A stretch of 64,000 nucleotides of DNA from an uncultured delta proteobacterium. Its GTDB lineage: Bacteria; Bdellovibrionota; FAC87; UBA2466. Where the stretch lies: NCBI GenBank assembly GCA_963778115.1, contig CAVZSV010000004.1, positions 2,336,001-2,400,000 of the forward strand. The letters run 5' to 3'. The translations under genes and the position numbers were made by a program. The notes under the pieces are model-generated. The model had not been told where the DNA came from and did not search any database. It was given only the letters and a program-made list of their open reading frames with translations. The stretch's first letter is position 1, and each line of letters opens with the position of its first letter. Positions 20,224-30,002 of the stretch are shown here, piece by piece.

Positions 20224-20240
20224 CCGGCACGAGAGATGCA
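20224..20240 (+). promoter_or_regulatory. Putative sigma54 -24/-12 promoter upstream of the GNAT gene
   Basis: CCGGCACGAGAGATGCA; GG at 20226 and GC at 20238, canonical spacing. Confidence 0.55.
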
Positions 20241-20292
20241 ACCATCCAGTGTCCAGGCATGGGTGCTAACGCGGTTAGGGTTCGGGGGAACT

Positions 20293-20943
20293 ATGAAATG
20301 GCCGGAACTTAGTCAGGTTTTTGCCTCAGTGGAAATTCCCGTGGGTTTGGTCCCTTCACAGCTTACGCGTGAAGAGGTTCCCCAGATCATTGAATCCTTA
20401 TCACGCTGGTTTCCTGATATCTCGGTAAGCAGTGAGTCTTACCACCTCGATCCAGATTTTTATTTCGACAAGACGCTACTCGCCGCAAGCCATGAGTCTG
20501 AGAGCACTAATGTTTACCCTCTCGTTTTAAAGCATTTGGGCAAACCCGTTTTCTTTGTGACGTTACAACGCGAATTGAATGCCCGTACGCTAACGGGAAG
20601 ATTGCTTGCCATTGATCCCAATTATCGGGGCCAAGGGCTAGCGAATTTGGGCCCTAGAATTTTGGAGACTATGGGAAAGTCGATGGGGGTCGCACTGCTC
20701 TATTACTACGCCAGTGTGACGACCATCCATCAACAAATGGCGGCGGAACGAGCAGGTTTTAAGTTGATTGGTTTAATGCCGGCTTCCGATAGGCATCTCA
20801 TGGCGCCAGGAAGGGTGTGCCGCATTTTTGAGGCGATCTACGCCAAAGTACTCGTTAGTGAAGATGAAGTTTTTGTCCCGCCGTCGGAAGCGCTGACCCC
20901 CCAGACTCAGGCGCTATGGAACTTTCTATTTCACGGTGAATAA
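20293..20943 (+). CDS. GNAT family N-acetyltransferase
   Basis: Motif A LAIDPNYRGQGLA, motif B AAERAGFKLIG; ATG 20293 after GGGGGA. Confidence 0.75.
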   Translation: MKWPELSQVFASVEIPVGLVPSQLTREEVPQIIESLSRWFPDISVSSESYHLDPDFYFDKTLLAASHESESTNVYPLVLKHLGKPVFFVTLQRELNARTLTGRLLAIDPNYRGQGLANLGPRILETMGKSMGVALLYYYASVTTIHQQMAAERAGFKLIGLMPASDRHLMAPGRVCRIFEAIYAKVLVSEDEVFVPPSEALTPQTQALWNFLFHGE

Positions 20944-21749
20944 CGATTCAAAAATAGATCGCGAAACCGTTTAGCCAATAAGACACGCGATCCCTTGACG
21001 GTAGTGGACGGAAAAATACGCTTCAAATTCATGAGTACTTTGCCGTTCAACGTCGGGTAGATCTCTTCTTTGCCTCTTTCCAGCCCCTTCAAGATCTCAC
21101 GCACCGTCTGTTCCGGGGTGGAGAGTAGAAAAGAGAGCCATTCAGGAAAACCTAACTGTTTTCCCTTGGCGATCATTTGTGTCTCCACAAATCCCGGCGA
21201 AACCATAACTAAGCAAACGCTAGAATCTTTAAGATTAAGCTCTTCACGCAATGCTCGAGTGAAACCCACGACAGCGTGTTTACTGGCCGAATAGGAAGTT
21301 AGAAAGGGGGCAGCGATGTGACCGGCAACGGAGGCCATGTTGATGATGGTTCCACTTCCCTGTTTCTCCATGGCTTCCAAGGCGATTCGGGTTCCCAGCG
21401 CCACTCCATCGAGATTTACGGAAATGACCCTGCGAAAAGTGGCGTGCGGAGTTCCCAAAAAATCTCCCATTCCCGCCACCCCAGCGTTATTGAACCAAAA
21501 GTCGATCTTTCCCTGGCGGCTTAGGATAATGTCTTTGGTTTTTTCCATGTCGGAATCCGAAGTGACATCGGCTAGGCAGGAAAAAAAATCTTTAGAGACT
21601 TTCGACGATTCCGTGGCAAGGCGATTTAAATTCAATTCATCGGTATCGATGCCGTAGACGATGGCCCCTTTCGCCAAGAGTTGCCCCACAAGTTCGCGTC
21701 CGATTCCGTTGGCGGCACCCGTAATAGCGCAAACTTTGGTACTAAACAT
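20931..21749 (-). CDS. Short-chain dehydrogenase/reductase
   Basis: TGAANGIG, NNAG, catalytic Ser and YSASK. Confidence 0.93.
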   Translation of the reverse strand: MFSTKVCAITGAANGIGRELVGQLLAKGAIVYGIDTDELNLNRLATESSKVSKDFFSCLADVTSDSDMEKTKDIILSRQGKIDFWFNNAGVAGMGDFLGTPHATFRRVISVNLDGVALGTRIALEAMEKQGSGTIINMASVAGHIAAPFLTSYSASKHAVVGFTRALREELNLKDSSVCLVMVSPGFVETQMIAKGKQLGFPEWLSFLLSTPEQTVREILKGLERGKEEIYPTLNGKVLMNLKRIFPSTTVKGSRVLLAKRFRDLFLNRYSP

Positions 21750-22587
21750 CAGACTTTTCTTTCATCTCTTCCAACCAGTGAGCCTTTTTCTTGTCGACCA
21801 CTAGAATCTCCTCGAATTTCGCTCCAAAAGTGGAAGTTCCTATATGGGGCTCTATCGCCCACAGACCGCTTAAATCTCCTTCATGATTGGCATTGAGCAG
21901 CTGGCCAAACAAACCTCGAGAGAGAAACTCCCAATAGGACTGCCAACCGAAATTAAGCAATCGGAAACTCGGACCATGGAGCACGTTATGGTGGATCCGG
22001 TGACCCAGCACGGAAAAAGGATATTTTTGATGGATATTATCGTAGCCCGACTTCTTAATGGTATCGTCGATATCGCTCCAGATTTGCGATCCGGTGGTGG
22101 AGGAGCTAAATAGTTTCGGAATTTCGTTTCTAAGTTTGTCCAAAAACGTCATGGCCTTATCTAGTTCCGGATTAGGGCCGAGGGACGAGGTATAGCCGAT
22201 GTCGCAGATATAGCCGTCCAAAATGGGTGCCACATCCAAAATGAAAACCTCACCGGGAAGCAAAAGCCGTTTGGAAGGACTATACTGGGAATAGGTACGA
22301 ATTTTATCGAATCGAGTTCTTTCGCCGTACCAGGCGAAAGGGTAGTGAAAGAAATCTTTCACTCCGCAGTCTCTCAAGTAAGTCGTCACCAGATCCGCAG
22401 CTTGTTTCTCCGTCCACCCTTCTCTCATCAGAGAAGTTACCTCTCTCACAGCGGCGAAGGCTAATCGTTGGCTCTTCAGATATCCGGCCAGCGTTTTGGC
22501 ATCGGCAGAAGGGACAGCAGGCGGAGAGAAACGTCTAAGGACAGGAAGGGAAGAGACCCGGGAGAGGTGATTAGGCGCGCTTTTCAT
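21742..22587 (-). CDS. M24 family metallopeptidase (catalytic domain only)
   Basis: Metal ligands in ILDVAP, ICDIG, LGHR, AIEPH, FEE; start at MKSAPN after GGAG. Confidence 0.85.
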   Translation of the reverse strand: MKSAPNHLSRVSSLPVLRRFSPPAVPSADAKTLAGYLKSQRLAFAAVREVTSLMREGWTEKQAADLVTTYLRDCGVKDFFHYPFAWYGERTRFDKIRTYSQYSPSKRLLLPGEVFILDVAPILDGYICDIGYTSSLGPNPELDKAMTFLDKLRNEIPKLFSSSTTGSQIWSDIDDTIKKSGYDNIHQKYPFSVLGHRIHHNVLHGPSFRLLNFGWQSYWEFLSRGLFGQLLNANHEGDLSGLWAIEPHIGTSTFGAKFEEILVVDKKKAHWLEEMKEKSDV

Positions 22588-23473
22588 GGGAGTACTCCTC
22601 TGCCGGGAGAAAACCGTCAAGGATGCCATTGACTTCGTCAGGCATCTCTCGGAATACCCAATGATTGCCATCCAAGATTCGTAAAGTCACGGAACTTGCA
22701 TAGGGTTCCAATTCATCTAGCGTGGGAGGAGTTAAGAAAGCATCTCTACAACCCCACAGGACCAAAACGGGAACTCGAACCTTTTCAGGCGCGCGCCGAA
22801 GTAATTTGGGAAGCTCTCGGGTGAACGCGCGGTATTGGTTGACGACCCGCGCTATTCCTCTTCCGGCGTGGACCGCTTTAGGACGAAGTTCGTTGGGTAG
22901 CTCGCCACGACCGTACGCAAAGTGGAGAAAGGTGCGGGGCAACGTTCGTACGATCGCTTCGGGAAGCCAAGGGAGCTGCATGAGATAGATGTAAAACGAC
23001 TTGAGTTGCTGTCTCATATTGGCAAATCTTCCAAACATCTGAGCAACGGAGAGGCCGTTGATAATAACCATCCCTGATAGGCGATTTCCCAGTAAAGGGG
23101 CTAAATTCCAAGCAAGGGCTGCCCCCAAATCGTGACCGACACAGTAGATGGGCTTTTTTTGTGTCGGGTCCAACTCTCGCAAGAGCGCTAAGCAATCTAA
23201 GGATAGGGAGTCCAACGAATAGCGATTCAACGAAGCGGCCCCTTCGTAGGGATAAAGACCGCGAGTATAGGGGCGAATCACGCGAAAACGGTTTTCAAAA
23301 TGTTCACTTTGGAAATTCCAGACTTGAGGCCCGTCAGGAAACCCATGCAATAAAAGTAAGATGGGGGCGTCTTCGGGTCCGCTTTCAAGCCACGCGGTTT
23401 TTAGCCCACGGAAATTGCGGGTGAGATGACTATCCGATTCGTTGGCCGATTCCTTGGCCGATTCTTTAGCCAT
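22571..23473 (-). CDS. Alpha/beta hydrolase, epoxide-hydrolase type
   Basis: HGFP, GHDLGA (Asp nucleophile), cap-domain Tyr residues (FYIYLMQ, NQYRA), WGxxD, GNHWV. Confidence 0.9.
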   Translation of the reverse strand: MAKESAKESANESDSHLTRNFRGLKTAWLESGPEDAPILLLLHGFPDGPQVWNFQSEHFENRFRVIRPYTRGLYPYEGAASLNRYSLDSLSLDCLALLRELDPTQKKPIYCVGHDLGAALAWNLAPLLGNRLSGMVIINGLSVAQMFGRFANMRQQLKSFYIYLMQLPWLPEAIVRTLPRTFLHFAYGRGELPNELRPKAVHAGRGIARVVNQYRAFTRELPKLLRRAPEKVRVPVLVLWGCRDAFLTPPTLDELEPYASSVTLRILDGNHWVFREMPDEVNGILDGFLPAEEYSHEKRA

Positions 23474-24509
23474 TTATTTTTTTCAGGATCCTTTCTTCGG
23501 TTTCCAGCGGCACCAAAGGAGCAGTGTGAGGCTCTGGGAAGGGAAAGTTCAATGCGCGGTGCTTTAAAGCCATCTTTGAAGTCAGGCTATGATTCTTAGT
23601 ATTGAGAACGAGACTGACGTAAGGGGCGCTTACAAATAGCCGCTTCGTCAATTCCACCATGGGGATTTGCCGCATCAAGGGAAGACAGCTTGCGATCATT
23701 TCAAAGAAGGGATGCCGACTCCTAAGCTGCTCCGCTTCAAATATTTTATGGAGCTCGTTTAGAATCCAGCCTGTGGAAAAGAGTTGGCCGAAAAGAAGAT
23801 CGGTCTTTCGGTGCAAAAGCCGTTTTAGCGTAAACGATCGACGCTCCAGAAGTTCGAGCATCAAAAAAGCATAGTTATGGTGACGTTGCTCTTCCTCCAT
23901 ATGCTTTTTGTGGACTTCATAGTAGAGCGGATCGATCGATTCCTTTACCCGGTGAATATCGCGAAATAGTTCTAATGAAACCTCCTCTACGGCAGCCACC
24001 ACCCACCAGAAGGCATGGCCTCCCGACTTGGCGTTGGCGATGACCGCTTTCAAGAAGAGCGAACCGAAAGCTTTGGGAAGCAGACGATCCAAGAGTTCAG
24101 GATCGATCCCCTCGGTGGCGCAAAAGATCTCGTTAAACCGGGCAAAAGCTAAAGCGTGCTTATTCTCCTCTATAAAAAAGAGTTCTCCCAATTCCCATAT
24201 CTCGGGGCCGACGGAAAACTCCCGAAGCGGCTTTGCCCATGCTACAGCCCTTAGTTTATTGATAACGCTTTCCATCTCCGAGATGGTGGAATTGATGATG
24301 AGGCCAGAGAGTTGGGAAAGGGCCAGTCGTTGTTGGGGACTTGCTCCCGGGAAGGCGATATTTTCCGAATCCAAAGGGAGAAAGGGACGAGAAGTATCGA
24401 TTCCAAGCGACCATTTCACGCCTTTTTCTAAGTCCCACGCGTATTTTCGCTGCCTCTGCGCTTGCGCGCTGAGTGATTGGTAGTCGAAGAGATGACTGGC
24501 GCCGTTCAA
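23466..24509 (-). CDS. Ferritin-like diiron oxygenase (AurF-like)
   Basis: SEME, EENKH, VEE, HMEEEQRH diiron ligand pattern; N-terminal WD..W region like AurF-family proteins; TTG start after GAGG. Confidence 0.72.
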   Translation of the reverse strand: MNGASHLFDYQSLSAQAQRQRKYAWDLEKGVKWSLGIDTSRPFLPLDSENIAFPGASPQQRLALSQLSGLIINSTISEMESVINKLRAVAWAKPLREFSVGPEIWELGELFFIEENKHALAFARFNEIFCATEGIDPELLDRLLPKAFGSLFLKAVIANAKSGGHAFWWVVAAVEEVSLELFRDIHRVKESIDPLYYEVHKKHMEEEQRHHNYAFLMLELLERRSFTLKRLLHRKTDLLFGQLFSTGWILNELHKIFEAEQLRSRHPFFEMIASCLPLMRQIPMVELTKRLFVSAPYVSLVLNTKNHSLTSKMALKHRALNFPFPEPHTAPLVPLETEERILKKING

Positions 24510-24624
24510 GGAGTTACCTCGTTGTGTGTCGCGGCTACTAAATTTCGGTATATTTCAATTTTTTCACATTGGTAGGATTTACGCAATTATGCTTTGGACG
24601 CGACGCGAAACAGCTAGGGCTCGT

Positions 24625-24698
24625 GCTACTGATCAAGGTATCCCCTTAAGGGATGGTTACTCTATGGCGTGCGCGAAGCGCACACCTTGATCACTAGC
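24625..24698. repeat. Intergenic multi-stem palindromic element (REP-like or structured RNA)
   Basis: Perfect TGATCAAGGT/ACCTTGATCA stem enclosing ATCCC-CTTAA-GGGAT and GTGCGC-GAA-GCGCAC hairpins. Confidence 0.6.
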
Positions 24699-24719
24699 CC
24701 CAGCAATTTTTGTTTTTTC

Positions 24720-25967
24720 CTAGAACAGAACTTCGCCACCGCGTCCCTGTTGAATCAACGGAACATAAGTTTCGAGTTCTTGTCGAATTTTCGGATCGGT
24801 TAGATCGATAGTCATCTTCCTCTCGGCCGACAGATAAGATGCCATCACAAGACGGGTGATCTCTAAACCATAGGAAAAGTTGAGGAGTCCGTCCTTCCCA
24901 CGCAGGAAATTTTCGGCGGCGTCCCGGTTCTCATCAACATAGCCGTAAAGATCGGCTTCGTTGGTTTGCACGGAGAGAAGCCCGCGGCTTGCGGTCGCTT
25001 TTTCTAAAGCCGTCTCCTGATCGGCAATGGCTTGAGCCGCCTGATCTCCGATAAAAATATTGAGTGGCGAGATCAAAGTGTTAATTTCAAACGCGTAGCC
25101 GGGTCCCATTCCGTCCATAAAAAGACGCAGCCCTTGTTTTTCAAACATCCACGAGTCGGTAAATTGGGCTTTCACCTTTTGGTTGGTTTCGGGATTCTTA
25201 TAGGTAATCATGCCCGTCGCAAAATCTTCGGCGGGCGTTTTCGAATAGTCGACCCCACGCTCTTTTAAAAGTTTTTCGCGCCATTTGGGCTGTCCCCATT
25301 TCAAGAGTGCGACCTCGCAGCTGACACTTTGAGGTTCCAGAAACGTTAGTTTCTTTCCTCTAGGGGTCAAAGCGTACCAGCCGACGGCGATACTATGGCA
25401 TCCCATATCGCTAAGTACTCCGCCGCCTTGCTGCGTGGGATCCCAAAACCAGGATCTATGGGGTCCTGCATGCTCTTCCGCCGAGCGGGTCAGCATCAAA
25501 GGGCCCATTACCTTTTGGACGGGGTCCAACTGTGCCATCTGCGTTTGGATGGCTTTCATGTGAATCTGGTTTTCGAAATACGCGGTGTTAAGTTGCGCTT
25601 GCTCGGCGAGTTCGACCAGACGCTTTGCCTCTTTTACATTTCGTCCGAGGGGTTTATCGCAAATGACGCCGCGAACTTTGGCTCCGGCGCGCTTGGCAGT
25701 TACGATCTCTTCCATGAAAGCGATACGCGTGTCATTGGGAGTATAGATAGCGATAGCGTCGACATTTTTCGCCATCTCGGAAACGCTTCGGTAGAGGGTG
25801 GCCGGACCTAACTCTCTCTCTTTGCCCCAGCCTGAGAGCGCTTCGCCTCCGGATCGGGCGAAGATTCCAGTGAGCTCCATGTTTCGAGATTGCTCCATTG
25901 CTTTGGCTTGAAATTGAGCGATGAAGCCGGCACCGATAAATCCAACCTTTAACTTTTCCATCTGCAT
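24720..25967 (-). CDS. Gfo/Idh/MocA family oxidoreductase
   Basis: KVGFIGAGFIA, ICDKPLG, WFWDPTQQGGGVLSDMGCH. Confidence 0.92.
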   Translation of the reverse strand: MQMEKLKVGFIGAGFIAQFQAKAMEQSRNMELTGIFARSGGEALSGWGKERELGPATLYRSVSEMAKNVDAIAIYTPNDTRIAFMEEIVTAKRAGAKVRGVICDKPLGRNVKEAKRLVELAEQAQLNTAYFENQIHMKAIQTQMAQLDPVQKVMGPLMLTRSAEEHAGPHRSWFWDPTQQGGGVLSDMGCHSIAVGWYALTPRGKKLTFLEPQSVSCEVALLKWGQPKWREKLLKERGVDYSKTPAEDFATGMITYKNPETNQKVKAQFTDSWMFEKQGLRLFMDGMGPGYAFEINTLISPLNIFIGDQAAQAIADQETALEKATASRGLLSVQTNEADLYGYVDENRDAAENFLRGKDGLLNFSYGLEITRLVMASYLSAERKMTIDLTDPKIRQELETYVPLIQQGRGGEVLF

Positions 25968-26006
25968 CTCCTTTAAGATTTCACGATGACCACTTGTAGT
26001 ATCGAG

Positions 26007-27395
26007 TCAGACAGGTTTGGGAGAGGCTCTTATTCCAAGAGCTGATTTTCTCTCCGGAAGTTGGACGGCGGCATAACCACCCTGGGCGCGGAAGTACAAG
26101 AATAGAATTCCAAAGATGACGGTAAGAATCGCAGGGAGTACAGCAACCCATTGATAGGTCATCATCGCGGAATAGTGCTTGGCCTTTTCTACCTCGCTCA
26201 AGACGGAAGGATTAGTAATAGTCGCGATTTTCTTTTCGTCCAAGCCACCATGGCTAATTACCAACGGACGGACTTCAGGGGCGATAAGTTGAACGGCGTA
26301 GTGATCTTGAACCGTTCCCATCGCGGTCACCATCAATTTTCCGGCGGAGAACATTCCGGCACCGCCTAAGATCGCAAGCAGAAGGGCTCCGCCTTTGGGA
26401 AATCGTTCGGACACCACACCTAGCATCGTCGGCCAGAAGAAGGTCTTTCCGAAACCGAAAATGGTGGCCGCGGCAAATACCATGGCGGCCGATGCAGAGT
26501 TGCTTAACCAAAACAGTCCGATGGCCGAAAGAAGACTCGCCATCGTTAGCATTCCCAATGGGCTAATGGCTTTGATGATAGCTCCGGCAAAAAATTGTCG
26601 CAGGATGAACATGATTCCCGCCGTATAGACGAGTAAGAGAACTCCCTGGATCCCGACCAGATTCTGAACGAGATTTCCTACCCATTGGTCAGGGCCGAGT
26701 TCGGTGGCAGCCGTCATCATCATGAGAACCACGAAAAGAACAAATAGCGGTCGGAAGGCTTCTCGAAACATATCTCCATAAGAGACACCGCGAGCGACAC
26801 GCTCGGTCTGCGGAAATTTTTCACTCGATATCAAATAACCGTAGATGAGGGTCGGAATTAAGATGAGTCCTACTTTTATCTTCCAGCCCAGACTCAAAGC
26901 AGCACTACCGGCTCCCACCACATCGAGCCCCATTCCTTTAGTAATGGCATATCCCGACAGGCCTCCGATGATGAGTCCCCCCGGCCACCAGGCATGGAGC
27001 ATATTAAGATGTTTGGTCTTACTCTCGGGATAAAGGGTCGCTACTAACGGGTTTGCTACCGCTTCGACGAGTCCGTTGGCCAGACCGATGATCAAAGTCG
27101 CGTAATAAAGAGAGGTGAAACTGGTAGCGAGGATAGTAAGCGCGATACCAGTGACATGACCTAGAAACGCCAAGCTAAGCAGACGCTTCATACCCAAGGT
27201 ATCGACTAGAAAGCCGCCCAGGACGATAGTGATGGCAAACCCCCAGACTCCGGGCCCCATGAGGCTACCCATCTGGGTATCGGTGAATCCAAAGTCACCT
27301 TTGAGTTGGGGCACGATGTCCGTTCGGATAGAAAAGGCCATTGATGTGGCAACTAAGGCGAAACAACTCGCGATAAAGAGCTTTCTTTGACTCAT
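26007..27395 (-). CDS. MFS transporter (probable sugar permease)
   Basis: About 12 hydrophobic segments, GFLVDTLGMKR motif A, GLVEAVANPLVATLYP, FFWPTMLG. Confidence 0.92.
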   Translation of the reverse strand: MSQRKLFIASCFALVATSMAFSIRTDIVPQLKGDFGFTDTQMGSLMGPGVWGFAITIVLGGFLVDTLGMKRLLSLAFLGHVTGIALTILATSFTSLYYATLIIGLANGLVEAVANPLVATLYPESKTKHLNMLHAWWPGGLIIGGLSGYAITKGMGLDVVGAGSAALSLGWKIKVGLILIPTLIYGYLISSEKFPQTERVARGVSYGDMFREAFRPLFVLFVVLMMMTAATELGPDQWVGNLVQNLVGIQGVLLLVYTAGIMFILRQFFAGAIIKAISPLGMLTMASLLSAIGLFWLSNSASAAMVFAAATIFGFGKTFFWPTMLGVVSERFPKGGALLLAILGGAGMFSAGKLMVTAMGTVQDHYAVQLIAPEVRPLVISHGGLDEKKIATITNPSVLSEVEKAKHYSAMMTYQWVAVLPAILTVIFGILFLYFRAQGGYAAVQLPERKSALGIRASPKPV

Positions 27396-27513
27396 TCGGC
27401 ACCTCTTTTATGAGACGACGTTAATGGCAGTTGTAGCGCAACGTGTCAAGAGGGCGTTTAGAAGCGGTCAGCGTTTGGTGAGGGCCTTAGATCATCGCTA
27501 AGTATTTGAAATT

Positions 27514-29175
27514 CTAGTGCTTACCGAATACTTCGAACTGCTCAACATGGAAGCTAGGATCGGATTTGATAATGATGGTTTTGGCGAAGCGATCTTCCAA
27601 TTTATGGACGTGTTTGCGTTCGTCTTCCATCATCTTGAAGGTCACATCGGGGTTAGCGAATACCACTATATTCTTGGTATTTCCCAGAGCCTCTTTTTCG
27701 ATTTCACGGAAAATCTCAAAGCAAATCGTGCGGCGGCTCTTGTGGTATCCCCGCCCTTCACAGTTCACACAAGTTTCGGTTAAGTAGCGAACCAGATCTT
27801 CGTGGGTGCGCTTGCGGGTCATTTCTACAAGACCCAGGTCAGAAATCTTTAGAATATTGGTTCGCGCGCGATCTTCACCAAGAGATTCTTGAAGGGCCTG
27901 ATAGACCTTTTCGCGGTTCTCCCCACTCTCCATATCGATGAGATCGATGATGATGATACCGCCCACGTTTCGGATACGTAGTTGGTAAGCGACCTCTTTA
28001 ACCGCTTCGAGGTTAGTCTTTAAGATAGTCTCTTCCAGTGATTTGGAACCTACATAACGGCCGGTGTTTACGTCGATAGCGGTGAGGGCCTCCGATTGAT
28101 CGATAAGAAGATAGCCACCCGATTTAAGCCAAACCTTTTTCCCCAAAGCGCGAGAGATTTCGGCTTCGATGCCGTAATGCTCAAAGAGCTGAGAAGGTCC
28201 TTTGAAAAGTTTCACGCGTCCTTTGAGCCGCGGCATGAACTGTCCGATGAATCGTAAAACGTGTTCGTATTCGTCCGGATCGTCGATAACAAAGGAATCG
28301 ACTTCATCCGTGAAAAAATCTCGAACCGCTCGCATGGCAAGCGATAAGTCTTCGTGAATTAAGGCAGGGGCCTTTTTACGGGCCGCATCGCGTTTTATCC
28401 GCGTCCAGAGTTTCACAAGATAGTCAGTGTCGGCTTTAAGGTCTCGGAAACTCTTCCCTTCGGCGACCGTTCGGATAATGAACCCGACGCCCTTGGGACG
28501 GATGCGCTTCAAAAAGAGGTCTCTAAGACGACGACGCTCTCGTTCGTGCTCAATACGACGAGAAATTCCGACGTGTTTTACGGTCGGCATCAAAACTAAA
28601 TTTCTTCCGGGTAAGCTGATGTGGGTAGTGAGACGCGCTCCTTTGGTTCCGATGGGAGCCTTGGCTACCTGAACGAGAATCTCTTGCCCTTCTTTTAGAA
28701 GGTCTTGAATGTTGGCACGCTCTCGATTGCGCCGATTTGAGAAACGGCGTTTGCCTTGAGGGCGTCGTTGCGGTCGCCTGTCGTTGCGTCCCTGGCCGCG
28801 GCCTCCTGCTCCCCCCCGTCCCTCGTCTTCGCCCCCTTCACGATACCGATCTTGAGGCGCATCAGGGTCACGATGTCCATCTCCCTCGTCGGAGGCTTCT
28901 TCCTCGTCATCATTTTCTTCTTCGACTTCGACGTCGCTTCCGAACGGATCATCGGTGATATCATCGACGTAAAGAAAAGCGGTGCGTTCCAGGCCTAGTT
29001 CTAGGAAAGCGGCTTGCATACCAGGGAGAACACGTTTTACGACACCTTTATAAACATTCCCGACGACATTACGGTCTTCTTCCCGTTCGATGTGCAGTTG
29101 TCGGATCTCGCCATTCTCTAAGGTGGCCACACGGGTTTCGTAGTGGCTGGCATTAACCAAAATCTGTTTGCTCAT
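27514..29175 (-). CDS. rng: Ribonuclease E/G family (RNase G-like)
   Basis: GNVYKGVVKRVLPGMQAAF, PIGTKGARLTT, GFIIRT, AIDVNTG, GGIIIIDLIDM, CVNCEG Zn link; start at MSKQIL (the longer ORF start lies inside the tRNA). Confidence 0.93.
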   Translation of the reverse strand: MSKQILVNASHYETRVATLENGEIRQLHIEREEDRNVVGNVYKGVVKRVLPGMQAAFLELGLERTAFLYVDDITDDPFGSDVEVEEENDDEEEASDEGDGHRDPDAPQDRYREGGEDEGRGGAGGRGQGRNDRRPQRRPQGKRRFSNRRNRERANIQDLLKEGQEILVQVAKAPIGTKGARLTTHISLPGRNLVLMPTVKHVGISRRIEHERERRRLRDLFLKRIRPKGVGFIIRTVAEGKSFRDLKADTDYLVKLWTRIKRDAARKKAPALIHEDLSLAMRAVRDFFTDEVDSFVIDDPDEYEHVLRFIGQFMPRLKGRVKLFKGPSQLFEHYGIEAEISRALGKKVWLKSGGYLLIDQSEALTAIDVNTGRYVGSKSLEETILKTNLEAVKEVAYQLRIRNVGGIIIIDLIDMESGENREKVYQALQESLGEDRARTNILKISDLGLVEMTRKRTHEDLVRYLTETCVNCEGRGYHKSRRTICFEIFREIEKEALGNTKNIVVFANPDVTFKMMEDERKHVHKLEDRFAKTIIIKSDPSFHVEQFEVFGKH

Positions 29176-29199
29176 CGTAATTCGTGTCCCAAAAAGTAG

Positions 29200-29272
29200 T
29201 GAGCCGCGATGGATTTGAACCATCGACCCTCTCCTTAAAAGGGAGATGCTCTACCAACTGAGCTAGCGGCCC
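29200..29272 (-). tRNA. tRNA-Lys(UUU), CCA not encoded
   Basis: GGGCCGCTAGCTCAGTTGGTAGAGCA-TCTCC-CTTTTAA-GGAGA-GGGTCGATGGTTCAAATCCATCGCGGCTCA folds as a cloverleaf; followed by CTA. Confidence 0.96.
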
Positions 29273-29391
29273 GTCACCACAGCGGAATCCCGATAGACAG
29301 ACCAGCAATACCGGCCAGCGTATCGGGAAGACGATTATTATCCTCAGTAGCCGCACAATGGCAAGTAATCTCAATGTGCTAGAATAGAAGG

Positions 29392-30000
29392 GTGGCACGA
29401 AATTACACTTCCCGGCTGCCAGTTCCACGACTTATCTCGGTAATGGGACTGATAGCCCTTTGGTTCGGGTCGTCATCTTGCTGGTTCCAAAGCGCCAAAA
29501 CACCCGACCTGCAGATCAATTTGTACTCCGGTGTCGTGGGAATTGCCCGGCTGGGCGACCCCGAAAGCGAAAATTCCCCCTCCGAATGGAAGTGCGAAAG
29601 GGAGGAGATCGCCCCCGATTCCGACCTGGGAGGCTTAAATTTTACTTCGACGTGTCACTATCGGGAGCTGGGCATTCAGACCTATTTTCGGTTCGGAAGG
29701 CTGTCTCTGATGGAGATTCAAGAGCCTTTTCACGGGATAATCCGGGGCATGGATTTCGATCTTTTCTCCCTCGGTAATGTAGGTGGGGGAACCTGGCACG
29801 ACGCTCTGGTAAGAAAGTTCGGCGCTCCAGTCGCGGAAGCAAGCGGGGGCAGACTCTCCTCGGAGGCCCTTTTCTATGACTGGGGGGATATTGCCTACAA
29901 TGGGGCGGGCATCAATCAGCTCTCCCTGTATCACGAACCCAAAGTACGCACTTATCGAAACCAGAACTTTGGACGAGTGCTGGATTTAGGTTTTCACTAG
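29392..30000 (+). CDS. Hypothetical exported protein (possible lipoprotein)
   Basis: Hydrophobic N-terminus ending GSSSC; start uncertain (29392 or 29443). Confidence 0.6.
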   Translation: MARNYTSRLPVPRLISVMGLIALWFGSSSCWFQSAKTPDLQINLYSGVVGIARLGDPESENSPSEWKCEREEIAPDSDLGGLNFTSTCHYRELGIQTYFRFGRLSLMEIQEPFHGIIRGMDFDLFSLGNVGGGTWHDALVRKFGAPVAEASGGRLSSEALFYDWGDIAYNGAGINQLSLYHEPKVRTYRNQNFGRVLDLGFH

Positions 30001-30002
30001 GG

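Noticed and set aside
29153..29428. 91-aa minus-strand ORF and the MVQIHRG extension of rng
   Set aside because: They overlap tRNA-Lys and translate its sequence
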